Source: Azolla caroliniana (lineage: Eukaryota; Plantae; Polypodiophyta). From it: DNA of 64,000 nucleotides. Made by a program: the position numbers and the translations under genes. The notes under the pieces are model-generated. The model worked only from the letters and a program-made list of their open reading frames with translations. It searched no databases and was not told where the DNA came from. Location of the stretch: positions 17,112,001-17,176,000 of the forward strand of contig JBHGNT010000010.1 in NCBI GenBank assembly GCA_043228905.1, read 5' to 3'. This document shows, piece by piece, positions 13,706 to 26,090 of this stretch. Numbering within the stretch: the first letter of the stretch is position 1; every line of letters begins with the position of its first letter.

Positions 13706-16399
13706 TTATAGAATGTCAACATCGTCTCCGTATATGATTCTCATATAACGCTTGATCGTTGCTAATGTGAGTGAAGGTAAACGGACAGGAGCAGTTGGTG
13801 CGGTATCAACCTTCACAAATGGCCACTCAAGAGCCTGCGCAGCTTCACACTCGTCTAAACTGTCCCCAATCGCACAAAACTTTGGGCTCGAATTGTTAAA
13901 ATGTTCTTTTATCCATTTGAAGCATTGAAGTTTCCCAACCTCTGTGGAGCTGTAGACTGCAACCCATCAAGCACATGATAAGTACATAATGTTTTTATCA
14001 ATATGAGCACACTCTGTAGAAATTGAAGAATTTTCATACAATGCATTTGTAGCAATAAAATGTGAAACTTGAATTTGTGACAGATAAAAGCACACAACGG
14101 AGAGTCAATCATCTTTTGCCCAACAATCAAATATCGATGCGTGAACATGTTTACAAACAGAAGAACAATCCAGTTCCATAATATGTTAAGAATCCATTTG
14201 CATGGCATGGCATCACATTCATCTACGTAATAGTGATGAATCCAAATACGTAAGTATTAACGAGGACTCATGCTTCCAGAAGCACAACCATAGCAAGAGA
14301 ATGATGGGCAGTCACTAAAGTTTGTCATTACTTTTCTAAAACATGAAGTAAATCCTCCAAATGATTTGGAAATGAGGTCCAATGTCTTCGATTTCTATCA
14401 TAAATTTATAAATGAATGATTACATTGACCTACAGATTTAAGACATTTATGTAGTCCACATACAGCAAAATGCAAAGCCAAATCAGGTCAGTTAAACAAG
14501 AGCCATAGATTTGTGAAACAAAGATGGTTTCTTAATGCCAAGATGAGTGATGTATAATTAGCTCATTGCAATTGAGTATAGGGAAACAGAATTCCTCATA
14601 TAAAAATGCGTGAATCAAACTATTTAAATTTTAGTTTGCATTATGGAAAATGTACACATACCACTAGCAGTCAGAAACTCAGGTGTAAAGTGACTAAACA
14701 ACTAACCATTCTCGTGAGAGATGAACTTGTTGAGTTTGAAGAGTAAAATCTTGACAAGACTTGGAACTAAGCTCCCTGACGTCACAAGAACATTCACTGA
14801 ACTTGTTGAGTTCAATGCAGTGTCTTCATCACCATTGGTTACTGATGTATCACTTGGATCTGATTCTAGGCAGCATTTCAAAATATTCCTTCCTGAGTGA
14901 AAAAACAAAGAAATCACGCAATGTATGGATTGATCTTTAATCATGATGAATGAATTCAATCCATCCATTTTCACTTCGCTACGGATAGCTGGCTAGCCAA
15001 CATAACAACTTGCTCACTATAATTTTGTTGATACAATTATGTCTAATTGCAATACTTGATAGCAGTCAATGTTGGTATAAGTGATGCAGTGACTATAAAG
15101 TTAACAATATGGCAGATGAAATTATAACTAGACTTGCTCAATTCAATAAATGATGTAGTGAAGTAATATAGTGAATGAGAATACCAGCTGTAAGCCAATG
15201 ATCAGTGTAGGTATCTGTCATTTCATACAGCTCTTTCCACTCTTGTAGCTGTTCATCATTTAGCAGTGTTTCTAGGCCCTGCAAATCATATGAGAAGGGA
15301 TAAGCATAGCGTTGAAGTTTCATTTAAGTTAACCAACAATTTCATTCAAATGAAACCTGAGGACGAAACCCCTGTAATTCTTCAAAGAACATACCTATAA
15401 TAGAAATTTATGCAGCTAGCATACAGAATATGTGTACTTGATTCCAAAAATGGTAGGGTGTTTTGGTTTGTATGAAAGAATCAAAAGAATACACATATTG
15501 CGAAGAGATTGAAAATCATTATACTGCTGGTTGTTAATTCCATTTTTGTTTGTAGAAATGATTTGCTTAACATAGATGATGTGCATTTGATTTTAATGAT
15601 GGCTGCATGCTCATATAAATGATTCTTGCCTGCCAAAAGGCTAAGATCCTAGCTATCATAGAGGAACAAAACACACTTGATCGTAAAGTTGTGATATTTT
15701 CCGATGTCGATAAGCAAGCTTCGTTTTGTCCACTTCGATCGAACTCTCACAAGAAAATCCATCTGCTTCGAAGTTATAACTTGACAAATCTCTTTCATCG
15801 TCATATTGCCTCCATGTCTCGAGTGTAGGTTGATTGTAGTCCTCGACCTGGTCATGGTACAAAAAAGGAAAGAAGAAAAGAGTTTGCAATCTGTAGAACT
15901 ATGGAAGTATATTTGAATTTTGACATATGGGAAATTGTATCACACAAGGATTGTGATTGCTAGCTATATTATGCTCCAAAAACACAGAAATAGCAGTGCT
16001 AGAATTCAGCAGTAAAGCAAAACCTTAGAAGAAGAAAAAATTCATACAAAGATGCAGTACGTTGTCCATCCCCATCCATTTTGATTGTTTGAGCACAAAA
16101 AAAGACCAGTGAAAAGCCAGGTCAAGCAGGCCACAACCTTTTTTCTTTTCTTTTTTTTAAATGTTCGTTCAGAAATTGGAAATGCAAGAAATGATTTGAA
16201 CCTGATCATAGAAGAAGTAATCATCACAGACTTGAATGATAAGCTTCTCCCATCGCCTCCCAAGCTTGACAGCAAAGAGAGGATCTTTGAGACCATTAAA
16301 ATGGTGGGCGTACCTGCCATTGCTGAGGGTCTGGAAGATGATGAGGGTCTCGTCCAGATCCCACACCAGCACTCTCTTCCCATTCTTGTGGTCTGTCAT
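13706..16399 (-). CDS. EYA: Eyes absent homolog (plant EYA, HAD-family protein tyrosine phosphatase), 299 aa. Exons 16399-16202, 15847-15677, 15278-15185, 14892-14707, 13956-13706
   Basis: Five GT-AG exons sum to 900 nt in one frame. Motifs: VWDLDETLI (HAD motif I DxDxT), LAYRHRKI, NVLVTSGSLVPSLVK, VYSSTEVGKLQCFKWI, AIGDSLDE. Confidence 0.93.
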
Positions 16400-16407
16400 T
16401 CTCTGTA

Positions 16408-16409
<2 letters not shown>

Positions 16410-16458
<49 letters not shown>
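16410..16458. repeat. (CT)n/(GA)n microsatellite immediately upstream of the EYA start codon
   Basis: Direct reading. Confidence 0.9.
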
Positions 16459-16463
<5 letters not shown>

Positions 16464-17364
16464 CTCTCTCCCACTCAGAATGTCATACACAAAACATACA
16501 CATTAATTCCTTCCTTCCTTAATTCATTCTACTTAGATTTGTGTGAGCTTTTTCTATAGACTTTCATATGGCCGGCCGGCCGGCCATTACTGCCTCGGAT
16601 ATTTCCCGCCCGCCCGCCCATCCATATGTGTGGAGTCTCTTGCATATTGTGTTGAATGACTTATCGGAAGTCCCATGAGCACATTGAGTTATGTGTATCT
16701 CATCTGCTCTCATTGGTTAGTACCACACACATTTGTCGTGATGTGGCGGGCATGAATGTAGAAAGTGGACAACTACAGGGCCTAGCCATAGCCGCAAAAA
16801 CGTAAATATAAATAAATATATACATATGAAACGGAATATTTATATAATTATATGATAAAGAAAAGTAAATGGCCTGGTAGTGTAGAGTTCGAATCTCTAA
16901 GAACGCATATAATGGAATTGTTCCCTTTTTTGCATTTTCGAAGCAAAAAGGGGGGAAAAGATAGGCAACTAATGCAAGTGCATGAAGCCTAATCCCATGT
17001 GATAATTGCTCCCAAATCTTCATGGAAGAGAGAGAGAGAAGAGGGAAGATTAATAGCCTTTCGAACAACAAGATCAACGTTTCATATTCTAAAAGGATAT
17101 ACCTTTATTTGGAATAAGTTGCAAGAAACATTGTCTTCGTATGAGCCAATTCCTAATTTAGATGGAGGATCTCAAGAGCTTGATTGAAGGTTTGTTGGAA
17201 ATAAGGGATTGACTATGATTTTAACAAGTGTTGCTTATCACAAGTTGATTGACAAACATAAGTGGTTGGAAGAAAGAGTTATAAAGATATGGGGTTTTCA
17301 TAAGCCCATTACTTGGTGGTTTCATGTGATCAAGGTAGGTTGGTGTTCTCAATGGATGTTACGA

Positions 17365-20300
17365 TGTTGTGAAGATTTTCAGCAACGGTGAGAAAATCGG
17401 GTACGGCGAATAAAATGGGGATGTTCAACAACTTGCACATGCACATTAGAAAATGTGTGTAGAAATAAGAAAGGGGGAAAAATAAAGTTGTAAGAGGCAC
17501 CTCTCCCATTGGGCTATAAAAGGGGAGGGGTGCTTACAAGAAAGGGGTCGTCCATTTTGAGTTGGGATGGTGTACCACTTAGATATAGGGTTTGGTAGTT
17601 TTTTCTTGTTCCCCCTATTTAGGGTTTAGGGTTTCTCCTATCTTGTCGTCTTGGTGGGAAGAAGTAGGTTTTGTTGTTGATAGGGTTTGTGTTCTTCACT
17701 TTGTGAGTTAGGGTTCGTGAGGTTCTTTGTTTCGTGTGAGTTAGGGTCATGCTAGGGTTTTGGGTGTTACTCTCTTCTTCTTCTTTGTGTGAGATTTTGG
17801 TTTGGTTTGGGTTTCTACAATGACAGCTTTTTCGGCATTCCGGTGGTGGACTTCTCGGTGGTTCGGGCATCCTCTCCTCAACGGAGAGTGTTTGGTGCGG
17901 CCACGGTTTCAACAAAGGAAAACTAACTCGGCGGCCGATTGTTGAAGGGAGACCGGAGTGGCATGGGAACACTCCACCGTCTTTGGGGCTTGACCAACAG
18001 TGGGAGTTGTGGTCCCGACGGCTCACTCGACTCGCCTTTATCGGTCTCGTTTAGCCCTTTGTAGTACCTTAAATAGCTTATTATTTGTAAAAGCCACCAG
18101 AATCGTGGTGCTAAGCTAGTTCATTGTAAACCCATTTTCTTGTATCATAAATCGTGTATATTCTTTTCCCAAGAGTTTTGTCTAATCTTGTGCTTGATCC
18201 CTAACCACGGGTTAATCTTCATAATGATCAAGTGGTGCTTATTGAATAGAAACCCTAGGTTTGTTCGAGGGGAGGAAAGCCGACGTGGCCGAGTCGGAAA
18301 ACGACACGAGCCGAAAGCCGAAGGGACAAATCCCATAAACACAAGACCTTCGCCCCATCAACTCCCTAGTCCAAGACCCCGGCGGGTCCCACCCAAACCG
18401 ATCCGTAAGCCGCGGATATCTGTGACATCTTTGGTGAACCCGACATGAAAGGGTGGCAAGGGAGGATGGAGGTGGACGAAGAAGACTTCATGGTGAAGGC
18501 AAAGTCGAAGGCGATGACGGACATACGTGGATAAGGGACGACGAGAAACGGCTAGGAAGCCATCAAGAATGCGGTCAAAGAAGTTGACTAGTTAAACGGG
18601 ACGGAATCCCACTAGTTTCAAAGCCTACGTGAGAAGTATACGAGGCAACAGGGCTAGGTGTTTGCCGTATGGACATGAAGAGGATGAAGAGCTTCGAGAA
18701 GCTCACAGTTCGGGGTCCTTCGAGGGAGTTCACCGGAGAGGCATGGGCACGAGGGATCGAAGGAACGGAGGCAACATGAGTTCGACCGAAGGGGGCATCG
18801 TCGACAAGCACCCACCAAAGCGCAATACGTGTGCTTCCGAGAGGTTGAGTCTTGCTTGCTAAATTCTCAGGGTGGAATTGAGATTGGAGGGGGTGGACGA
18901 GGCCTTGAAGATTTGGGAAGAGGACTAATCGAAGGGAAGGGAGACCATTAGAGTCAAACTCGAGGATGATGATGGTGCGGATGACCTCACTAAGTAAGAC
19001 CGACACGAGAATCGGTTGCTAACAAGGTGATATGACGAAGAAGGAGTTATAGTCGACAACTACACGATCCACAAAAGACGGTCGGAGGAGGTCGGGATGT
19101 GGGTACGAACAACCACCTAAGCAAAGAAGCTCGAAACGGAAAGGTTCGGCGGTATTTGACATAGAAGCTTGGCGAGGTAGGCGTACGAGAGCTCAAAGTT
19201 GAAAGTTGAGGATGAAAGAAAGGTTATGAAGGAGCCAAAGAAGGCAAATGGAGATCGAGGAGGAAGCCGCCTTCTCGACGGATGCGGAATAATGATGAGG
19301 TCGTGGGAAGGCTCGGGTTCGTTACAACAGTACTGTGAAGTCAATTTTTGCTGTAAGAAAAGACTGTGGCAAATACATCGAATACTAAGCTCTATAAGAA
19401 TAAAGCACAATGTGAAAGTCTCAAGAGTTAAGAGAAGAAGAAAATTGAAGGGATATGAAGTTAGAGGTGTTTTTCAAAAGTAAAAAAAGCAAGAGAAAAG
19501 ATAGAAGGAAAAAAACGCATAATAAGGCAGAGAAAGCAGGGCAGAGAAAAAAGCTAGCTCATAACTTCTGCATCTCTTATCCAAATTTCAAAAGGGGAAG
19601 CATGAGGTGTGGTCATTCGAGGACCTTGAGATGAGCATGCACAAAAAGGGACTACGAAGGGTGGTAGTCAATGTCGGCATTTGAAAGATGGTATTGGGAA
19701 GGCGAGCACGATTCGGGGAATGACCAAGGGTTGAAATGCTTTGCCCAAGGGAGATGGTCAGAGGGAAGGTGGACGACAAGGAGACCAAGGACGAGGCCGC
19801 AGGAAAACTTCGATGGAGAGGTGGGAAGCAACAAGAAAGGAAGAGTCGAGAACCGGTCTGACTCGGATGGAAGACGATCCGGCTGGTATTTCGACCCGAA
19901 CGAAAGGAGATCCAAACCAGAGTCAATTGATTGAGCCCGACCCGGATGAAAGCCGACTCCATCGAAATCGGTCGGTCGAACCAGACGCGGAAGGACACTG
20001 ACTCGACCGAAACCCATTTGGAATGAGGCCGACGCAGTCGGGGTGGTAGGGACGTAAAGAGACATGCATAGAGGACAAAGATGGAAGGGTCGACGAGGGT
20101 GTGGAGGAAGCCGGTTAATCGTTGTTGCCGAAATCTGACCTCTTCCCCTTTCTTGGCACATATTGGAGGATGTGCGGTTTCGTGGGGCTGGATGTTGTGA
20201 AGATTTTTGACAATGGTGAGAAAGTCGGGTACGATGAATAAAACGAGGATGTGCAACAACTTGCACATGCACATTAGAAAATGTGTTTAGAAATAAGAAA

Positions 20301-20882
20301 GGGGGAAAAATAAATTGTAAGAGGCACCTCTCCCCTTAGGCTATAAAAGGGGAGGGGTGCTCACAAGAAAGGGGTCGCCCATTTTGAGTTAGGAGGGTGT
20401 ACCACTTAGATCTAGGGTTTGGTAGTTTTTTTTTCTTCTCCCTATTTTGAGTTTAGGGTTCTGGGGGTCCTAGTGGTCCCGGCGGCTCACTTGACTCGCC
20501 TTCACAGGTCTCGTTTAGCCCTTTGTAGTACCTTGGCTTATTATTTGTAAAAACCACCAGAATCATGTCATTAAGCCAGTTCATTGTAAACTCATTTTCG
20601 TGTATTTAATCGTGTATATTCTTTTCCCAAGAGTTTTGTTTAATCTTGTGCTTGATCCCTAACCGCGTGTTAATCTTCATAATGGTCTCGGTGCTAATCG
20701 AATAGAAACCCTAGGTTTGTTCACGGAGATGAAAGTCGATGTGGATGAGCCAAAAAACGACGCGGGCCGAAAGCCGAAGGGCCAAAGTCCATAAACACAA
20801 GACCTTCGCCCCACCGACTCCCGAGTCCAAGACCCCGACGGTCCCGCCCAAACCGACCTATAAGCTGCGGATATCCACGACA
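17365..20882 (+). mobile_element. Element A: non-autonomous tRNA-Trp-primed LTR element. 5' LTR 17365-18427; 3' LTR 20193-20882 with an internal deletion
   Basis: Both LTRs begin TGTTGTGAAGATTTT and end GACA. PBS TGGTGAACCCGACATGA at 18432; PPT-like GTGGGGCTGGA before the 3' LTR; 4-bp TSD ACGA/ACGA. The ~1.76 kb interior has only a decayed gag-like trace and no pol. Confidence 0.85.
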
Positions 20883-23173
20883 ACGAGCTAAGGTATTTAT
20901 TTGGAGAGTTATGGTTGGAGTTTTACCATTGGGGGATGCACTAAAAAAAGAAACATTACTAAAGGATCGTGTTTCTTTTGCTTGGTGGAATTGGAACTAG
21001 TAGGCATCGATTTCTTTCATGCCCGATGGGAAGGATGGTTTGGAGGTGTATCAGTTTAGTGTCACGGATGTCTGTAACTAGAGTAAGCATATCTTCCTTA
21101 AATTGGGTTTGTGTACATATGGAGAACAATGAACCGGTGCCTCATTTCCAAATTATTTTTGAGTTCTTGAGGTAATGGGGGGGCTATGGTTCAATTGGAA
21201 TATGCGGAATGCCTTCACTTTTGATTCGCAAGTTGGGGAGAGAAAATATGTTCTAAAGTTAAAATGATTTCTTTTGTGGCAATTGATAGTGCTAGAGAAG
21301 TCGCGAAATCTCAAGCATGAAGAGAGAGAACTTTACAAGATCACATATCATCATATTCGCCATTTCAATTGGTGTGTACGGTGGCATTGAGTTTGAAGTC
21401 GTAGTAGTCTTTAGATCCCTAGATACATAGAAGGGTTCTATACTTTGTAGTAAGTTAGTCATGGTGGTGTTTTTTCTTTCGTAATGAAAGCCATTATTTA
21501 CGAAAAAAAGAGAGGGAAGTCGCTCGAAGAGCTTTGTGGCCACATGTGTATTCAACTCTCCTTTAACTGCCAATATCTTTCCCACACATCCGTATCAACA
21601 TGTTATGTCCTCAAGCAATAAAGATAAAGATGAATATTGAGTGTTCAAGAATCAAAACAATCAAGGGAGAAGAAATTTAAATGGGGTGTTTCCAAAATAC
21701 AAAAATACAAAAATATAAGAAGATTGTCATAGCAAAAAACACAAGAAGCATGACAACATATGGTCTTTGAGCAAGTGCCACCTCCCCAATGGAGCATGGA
21801 ATGGTCGTAGCTTGGGTGAACAATTCATAATTAGATGGGATACCATACTCTCTAGAAATATAGAACTACGAAGAGCGATTGGAATTAGGGCCTAGCCCAT
21901 CGCGAGGATCATGGGCTAGAGAGGACCGAACCTAGGTTCACTCAATTTTATGATGTGATACTATGGTGTAAACCACGAAGACGACATTCAAAGAAAAATA
22001 ATACGAATGAGGTCTAAATTAAGAATTGAAAATGGACAAGCTGACTACCAATGATTTTTGAAATGTTGTTTTAATTAGGTACATTGCCAGTGTCAATGAT
22101 GCTTCTTCAGAATAGATGCACATTGAAATTCAAATGAAGTCATATTGATAGTTTATTCCAAATACTTTGCAAATCTAGGAATGACTACGAATGGGTTTAA
22201 AGGCAAAGAAATATAAGCTCAAGTGACTTGGGTACTTTAATGTCCTATAGAAAGAGAGGAATAATAGGATATGATGTGAGAGAAAATTGAGGAAGAATCG
22301 TTGATAGAAAACGGTTGCCATTAAGCATGATATAACGACCTCCCCTTGTGCTATAATAGGGGAGGTTTTGAATTGTTGTAGGGATTCATTGTTTTGGAGG
22401 GAGAAGTGTTGTCGGTTTGAGATCTGGAGCTTTGTTGTTCTCCTTGTTTCGCTCTGTACTAATTTGGAAGGGAGCTTGGAGCTCTGTTACCAGCCAAGTC
22501 CGGTTGTATTTCTCTCTATTTTAAGTTAATCCATTATCTTTGTTGCTTTCGGATTCTCTGTGTCATCACGAGTCTCTTTGTTTCTGCCTACGCTCTTAAC
22601 TCCGCTTCCTTCCATTTGCGTGCTTATCTGAGTCTTCGAGCCCACGGGCCCATTGTCCGGTATCCGGGAACAAGTCTGGAACAATTCACATATCCGAGCT
22701 TGTGCGTTCATCATCCGGTATCCAGCAACAGGTCCAGAATAGTTCATGCACCTGAGCCTGTCCGTCCGTCATCCGTAGTTCGGCGATAGGTCTGGATCAG
22801 CTGTGTGCATGATCCTGCGTTTCGGTAACGATACCCTGCAAGAGATCCGGAAAGCACCTCTCTCCCTTTCCCCTCTCTATCTGCTCCTTGGTACAAGACC
22901 CCGTCGGTCCCGCCCCGATCCGGCACGTACCCTCGGAATACCACGAAATCTTTGGTGAACCCGACGTGAAAGGGGCAGCAAAGTAGTTCAAAATGAGGGG
23001 AAGTGAGCTTGCAGAAGCAATGGTGGTGGTTGTCGACCGCCATGTGACTGCACGAGAGAGCACAGGTGGCCTCGATAGGACCATAGAAATGGTAGTCAGT
23101 ATGATAGACCGATTTAATGGAAACGACGTGACAAGCTCCCTGGAGACCTACAAGTCTGAAATGTTAATGAGGG

Positions 23174-23599
23174 TGTTGAGAGATCAAGCTTAACTTAGTT
23201 TAGTTTAGTTAGTTAGTCAACCATTTAACTTCGTAATTACCTAGATAGAATCTAGTTAGAAGTGTTGACAATAACACCTTAAATAGGACCTTGTACTTAA
23301 GTGAGATATTCTAGATCCTCCACTCCCAAGCACATTTAATATAGGACTTACACCCTTGTACCTATGTTCTCCTCACACGTGTGCACCCTTGCACATGAGA
23401 TCTATATATACATCATTGTGGGTATTTTTGTATTTGATGATGTTAATTTAATATAGAGTTAAACATCCCCCATCTTGTGTTGTTCATAAGTGTAACTTCC
23501 TCTCACACACATACACACACATATCACTTAATCTTCTGCTTAGCTTAATCACATAATTAGGTACTAATTAACTTGTAGTAAATTACCTAATTCTTAACA
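23174..23599. mobile_element. Solo LTR (426 bp, AT-rich, unknown family) inserted in the gag of element B
   Basis: TGTTGAGA...TCTTAACA termini; 5-bp TSD GAGGG on both sides; gag frame rejoins as ...MLMRD IPEDRR. Confidence 0.9.
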
Positions 23600-24894
23600 G
23601 AGGGACATCCCGGAGGACAGGCGGCCACTTGGATTCCCGCGAGTCGTAACCCCAAGCATCCACACGGAAGTGCTCGAGGTTCAAGCTGACTATCGAAACT
23701 GGTCAGAGTTGGAGGGTTGGCTCCTCGAAAGATACAAATTTGACGACTCGCTCCGGTTGTCGAAGAGGGAGCTCATGGAGTGGGTTGAGCTCCCTGACAA
23801 AGGTCGGAATACATCAACTCTTCTCCAAGAATTTGAGAAGCGATTCGCACAACTTTCGGCACTAGACCAGACCGTGCTCGATACGAGCAAGGTCTTGTTA
23901 TTTATCAAGTCGAACCACTTGATCGGGAGAAGGTAGATCTCCTCTTGGAGACAGATGAAGGGCTCACGACTGACTAGGCAGTACGGTGCGAATGGAACGT
24001 CGTGGGGTCCTCGTCGGCCGGCCCGACAGCTGGGAGGATGACAAGAGAGGTGCTGACTCGGTCGGACAAAACGAGGAGAAGACTCGAGTCAAGCCTGACT
24101 CTAACCAACGTGGCTGACGATTCGTCGGGAGGAGTGGCTCTGGAAGAACTGACCAAGATGGTGCACAATCTCCAGATTGTGCAGGCCTGAAGGGAAGGCG
24201 GGGGTCAATTGCATGACCGACACCTACCAAACGACCTTAGATGCATGTGGTATGACAGGGTCGGCCACATCCGTAGAGACTGCGTCGACTTCGCCGAGGC
24301 GCTTAAGAACAATGTGGTGTACCTTTGGAACAGTCGAGTACACGTGAGCGAGACACAAAGGCCCCTGGAAATAAACACCGGCCGGGGTGGGATGAAAAGG
24401 TTGATGGAGGAGGCTACGGTGTAGCACACAGAGACCGTTTACTACTCGGCCTCAGCAGGCATTCGGGTTGGGGGTGAGAAGAGCATCGGCTCCGGAGGCG
24501 AAGCCGGATTCTAGCCGATCGTACTCGATAGCTTATGTGGAAAGAAGCTAAGTAAGGATGAGGCGGACCGCATGGAGAGGCGGGTACAGGAGGTCACCGT
24601 ATTGAGTGATCCAGTTGAGGAGAAAACCGACTTTGTAGAAGTCGCGTGCCAGAATGAAGATTAAAGGGGATGGATGAATCAAGAACGCGGGTCGCCATCC
24701 GAATCGGTGTGAAGGTGTTAAGTGAGCGACAATGAGGGTACGCCCAAGTCAAGCGGGAGTTGTAGGCATAAAAGGCTAACTCCTTCCACTTTGTATCCTA
24801 GTGTGAACTCGTCCATATAGTTAGGGTTGCGTACATAAGCGATAACCTAACATTCTAAAGAAATGATCGCTCGATCATCCTGTACATCGTGTCT

Positions 24895-24937
<43 letters not shown>

Positions 24938-26090
24938 TAGAAATAAAGAGAGCTTCCATTAAAGCTTCATCCGTGTGTGTTTATTATCTGTCTATATCTT
25001 CTTGCCTTTCCTTTGTGTTTTTTGCTGAGCATAACCGACAAGTCCTCACATACGCTTCCGCGCATATCTATACTTCAACTGGTATCAAAGTGATCCACAA
25101 CTTGGCGGCAACAAACAGCCAAAACAAAAAAAAGGGCTGAAAGGAAAAAGACTAGGTTAGCAAATCTCACTTTCTAAAGAATCATGGCATCAACATCTGG
25201 TACAGTAGTTGAGATCCAAAAATTTGACTACAAAAACTTTGCCCTATGGAAGGAGATGATGCAGGATGTTCTGATTATTCAAAGACAGGTCGAGACCATT
25301 CGACACTCCAAAAAGCCTGCTTTAATGTCAGCCAATGAGTGGAGATCAATGGACGAAATCGCACGCTGTCGTGAAGATTTTCGTCCACAAGCGGAAACTC
25401 GAGCAACGAGAGCCAAAGAGTGATGTGCAACGTTGCACACGTACATAATGTATTTGTAATAGTAATAAAGGTATAACGATGATGTGGTTGTACGCACATC
25501 CACGCGAGAGAGAGAGAGAGAGGTACTATGCGGTACATAGGTACCTAGTTGTTTGTGAGGAGGTGGGAGTTAAGGGGCCATCAATCTCACCCCCCCCCCA
25601 AATCAAGGCAAATATCCTCTTTGAATGAAAGGGGATATTTTAGTCTCACTTTTGTAAGCGGTCTGCCCTCCTTGTGCTATAAAAGGAGAGAGAAGGCACC
25701 ATTGTGGGGGTTGCCTATTTTGTGTGAGTAAGGTATACCACTTAGTCGAGGGTTCTACTTCTTCCCATTTCGTTTTAGGGTTAGGGTTTCGGTTAGGGTT
25801 TTCTTCTTGGGTTTTCCTTTAGGGTTTTTCATATAGTCGTTTGGTGCGGCCATGGCGGCCACCATTTGTTGTAATCATTCATTTCTTAATAGAACTTCTT
25901 GTTGAGTATCTTGATTGCATCTTCTTCTTCTATCATAATGTCATATTCGTTCTCTTCTCCTCTTGAGCTAATCTTTCTCCTCCACTCCCTAGTCCAAGAC
26001 CCCCGTGGTCCCGCCCTTCTACACGCACGCGCGTAACAACGCGACATATTTGGTGAACCCGACGTGAAACAGGCGGCAGAGGAGCAGAAG

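Noticed and set aside
26051-26067. tRNA-like sequence TGGTGAACCCGACGTGA (five copies, one with a single mismatch)
   Set aside because: Not a tRNA gene; it is the primer-binding site complementary to the 3' end of cytosolic tRNA-Trp.
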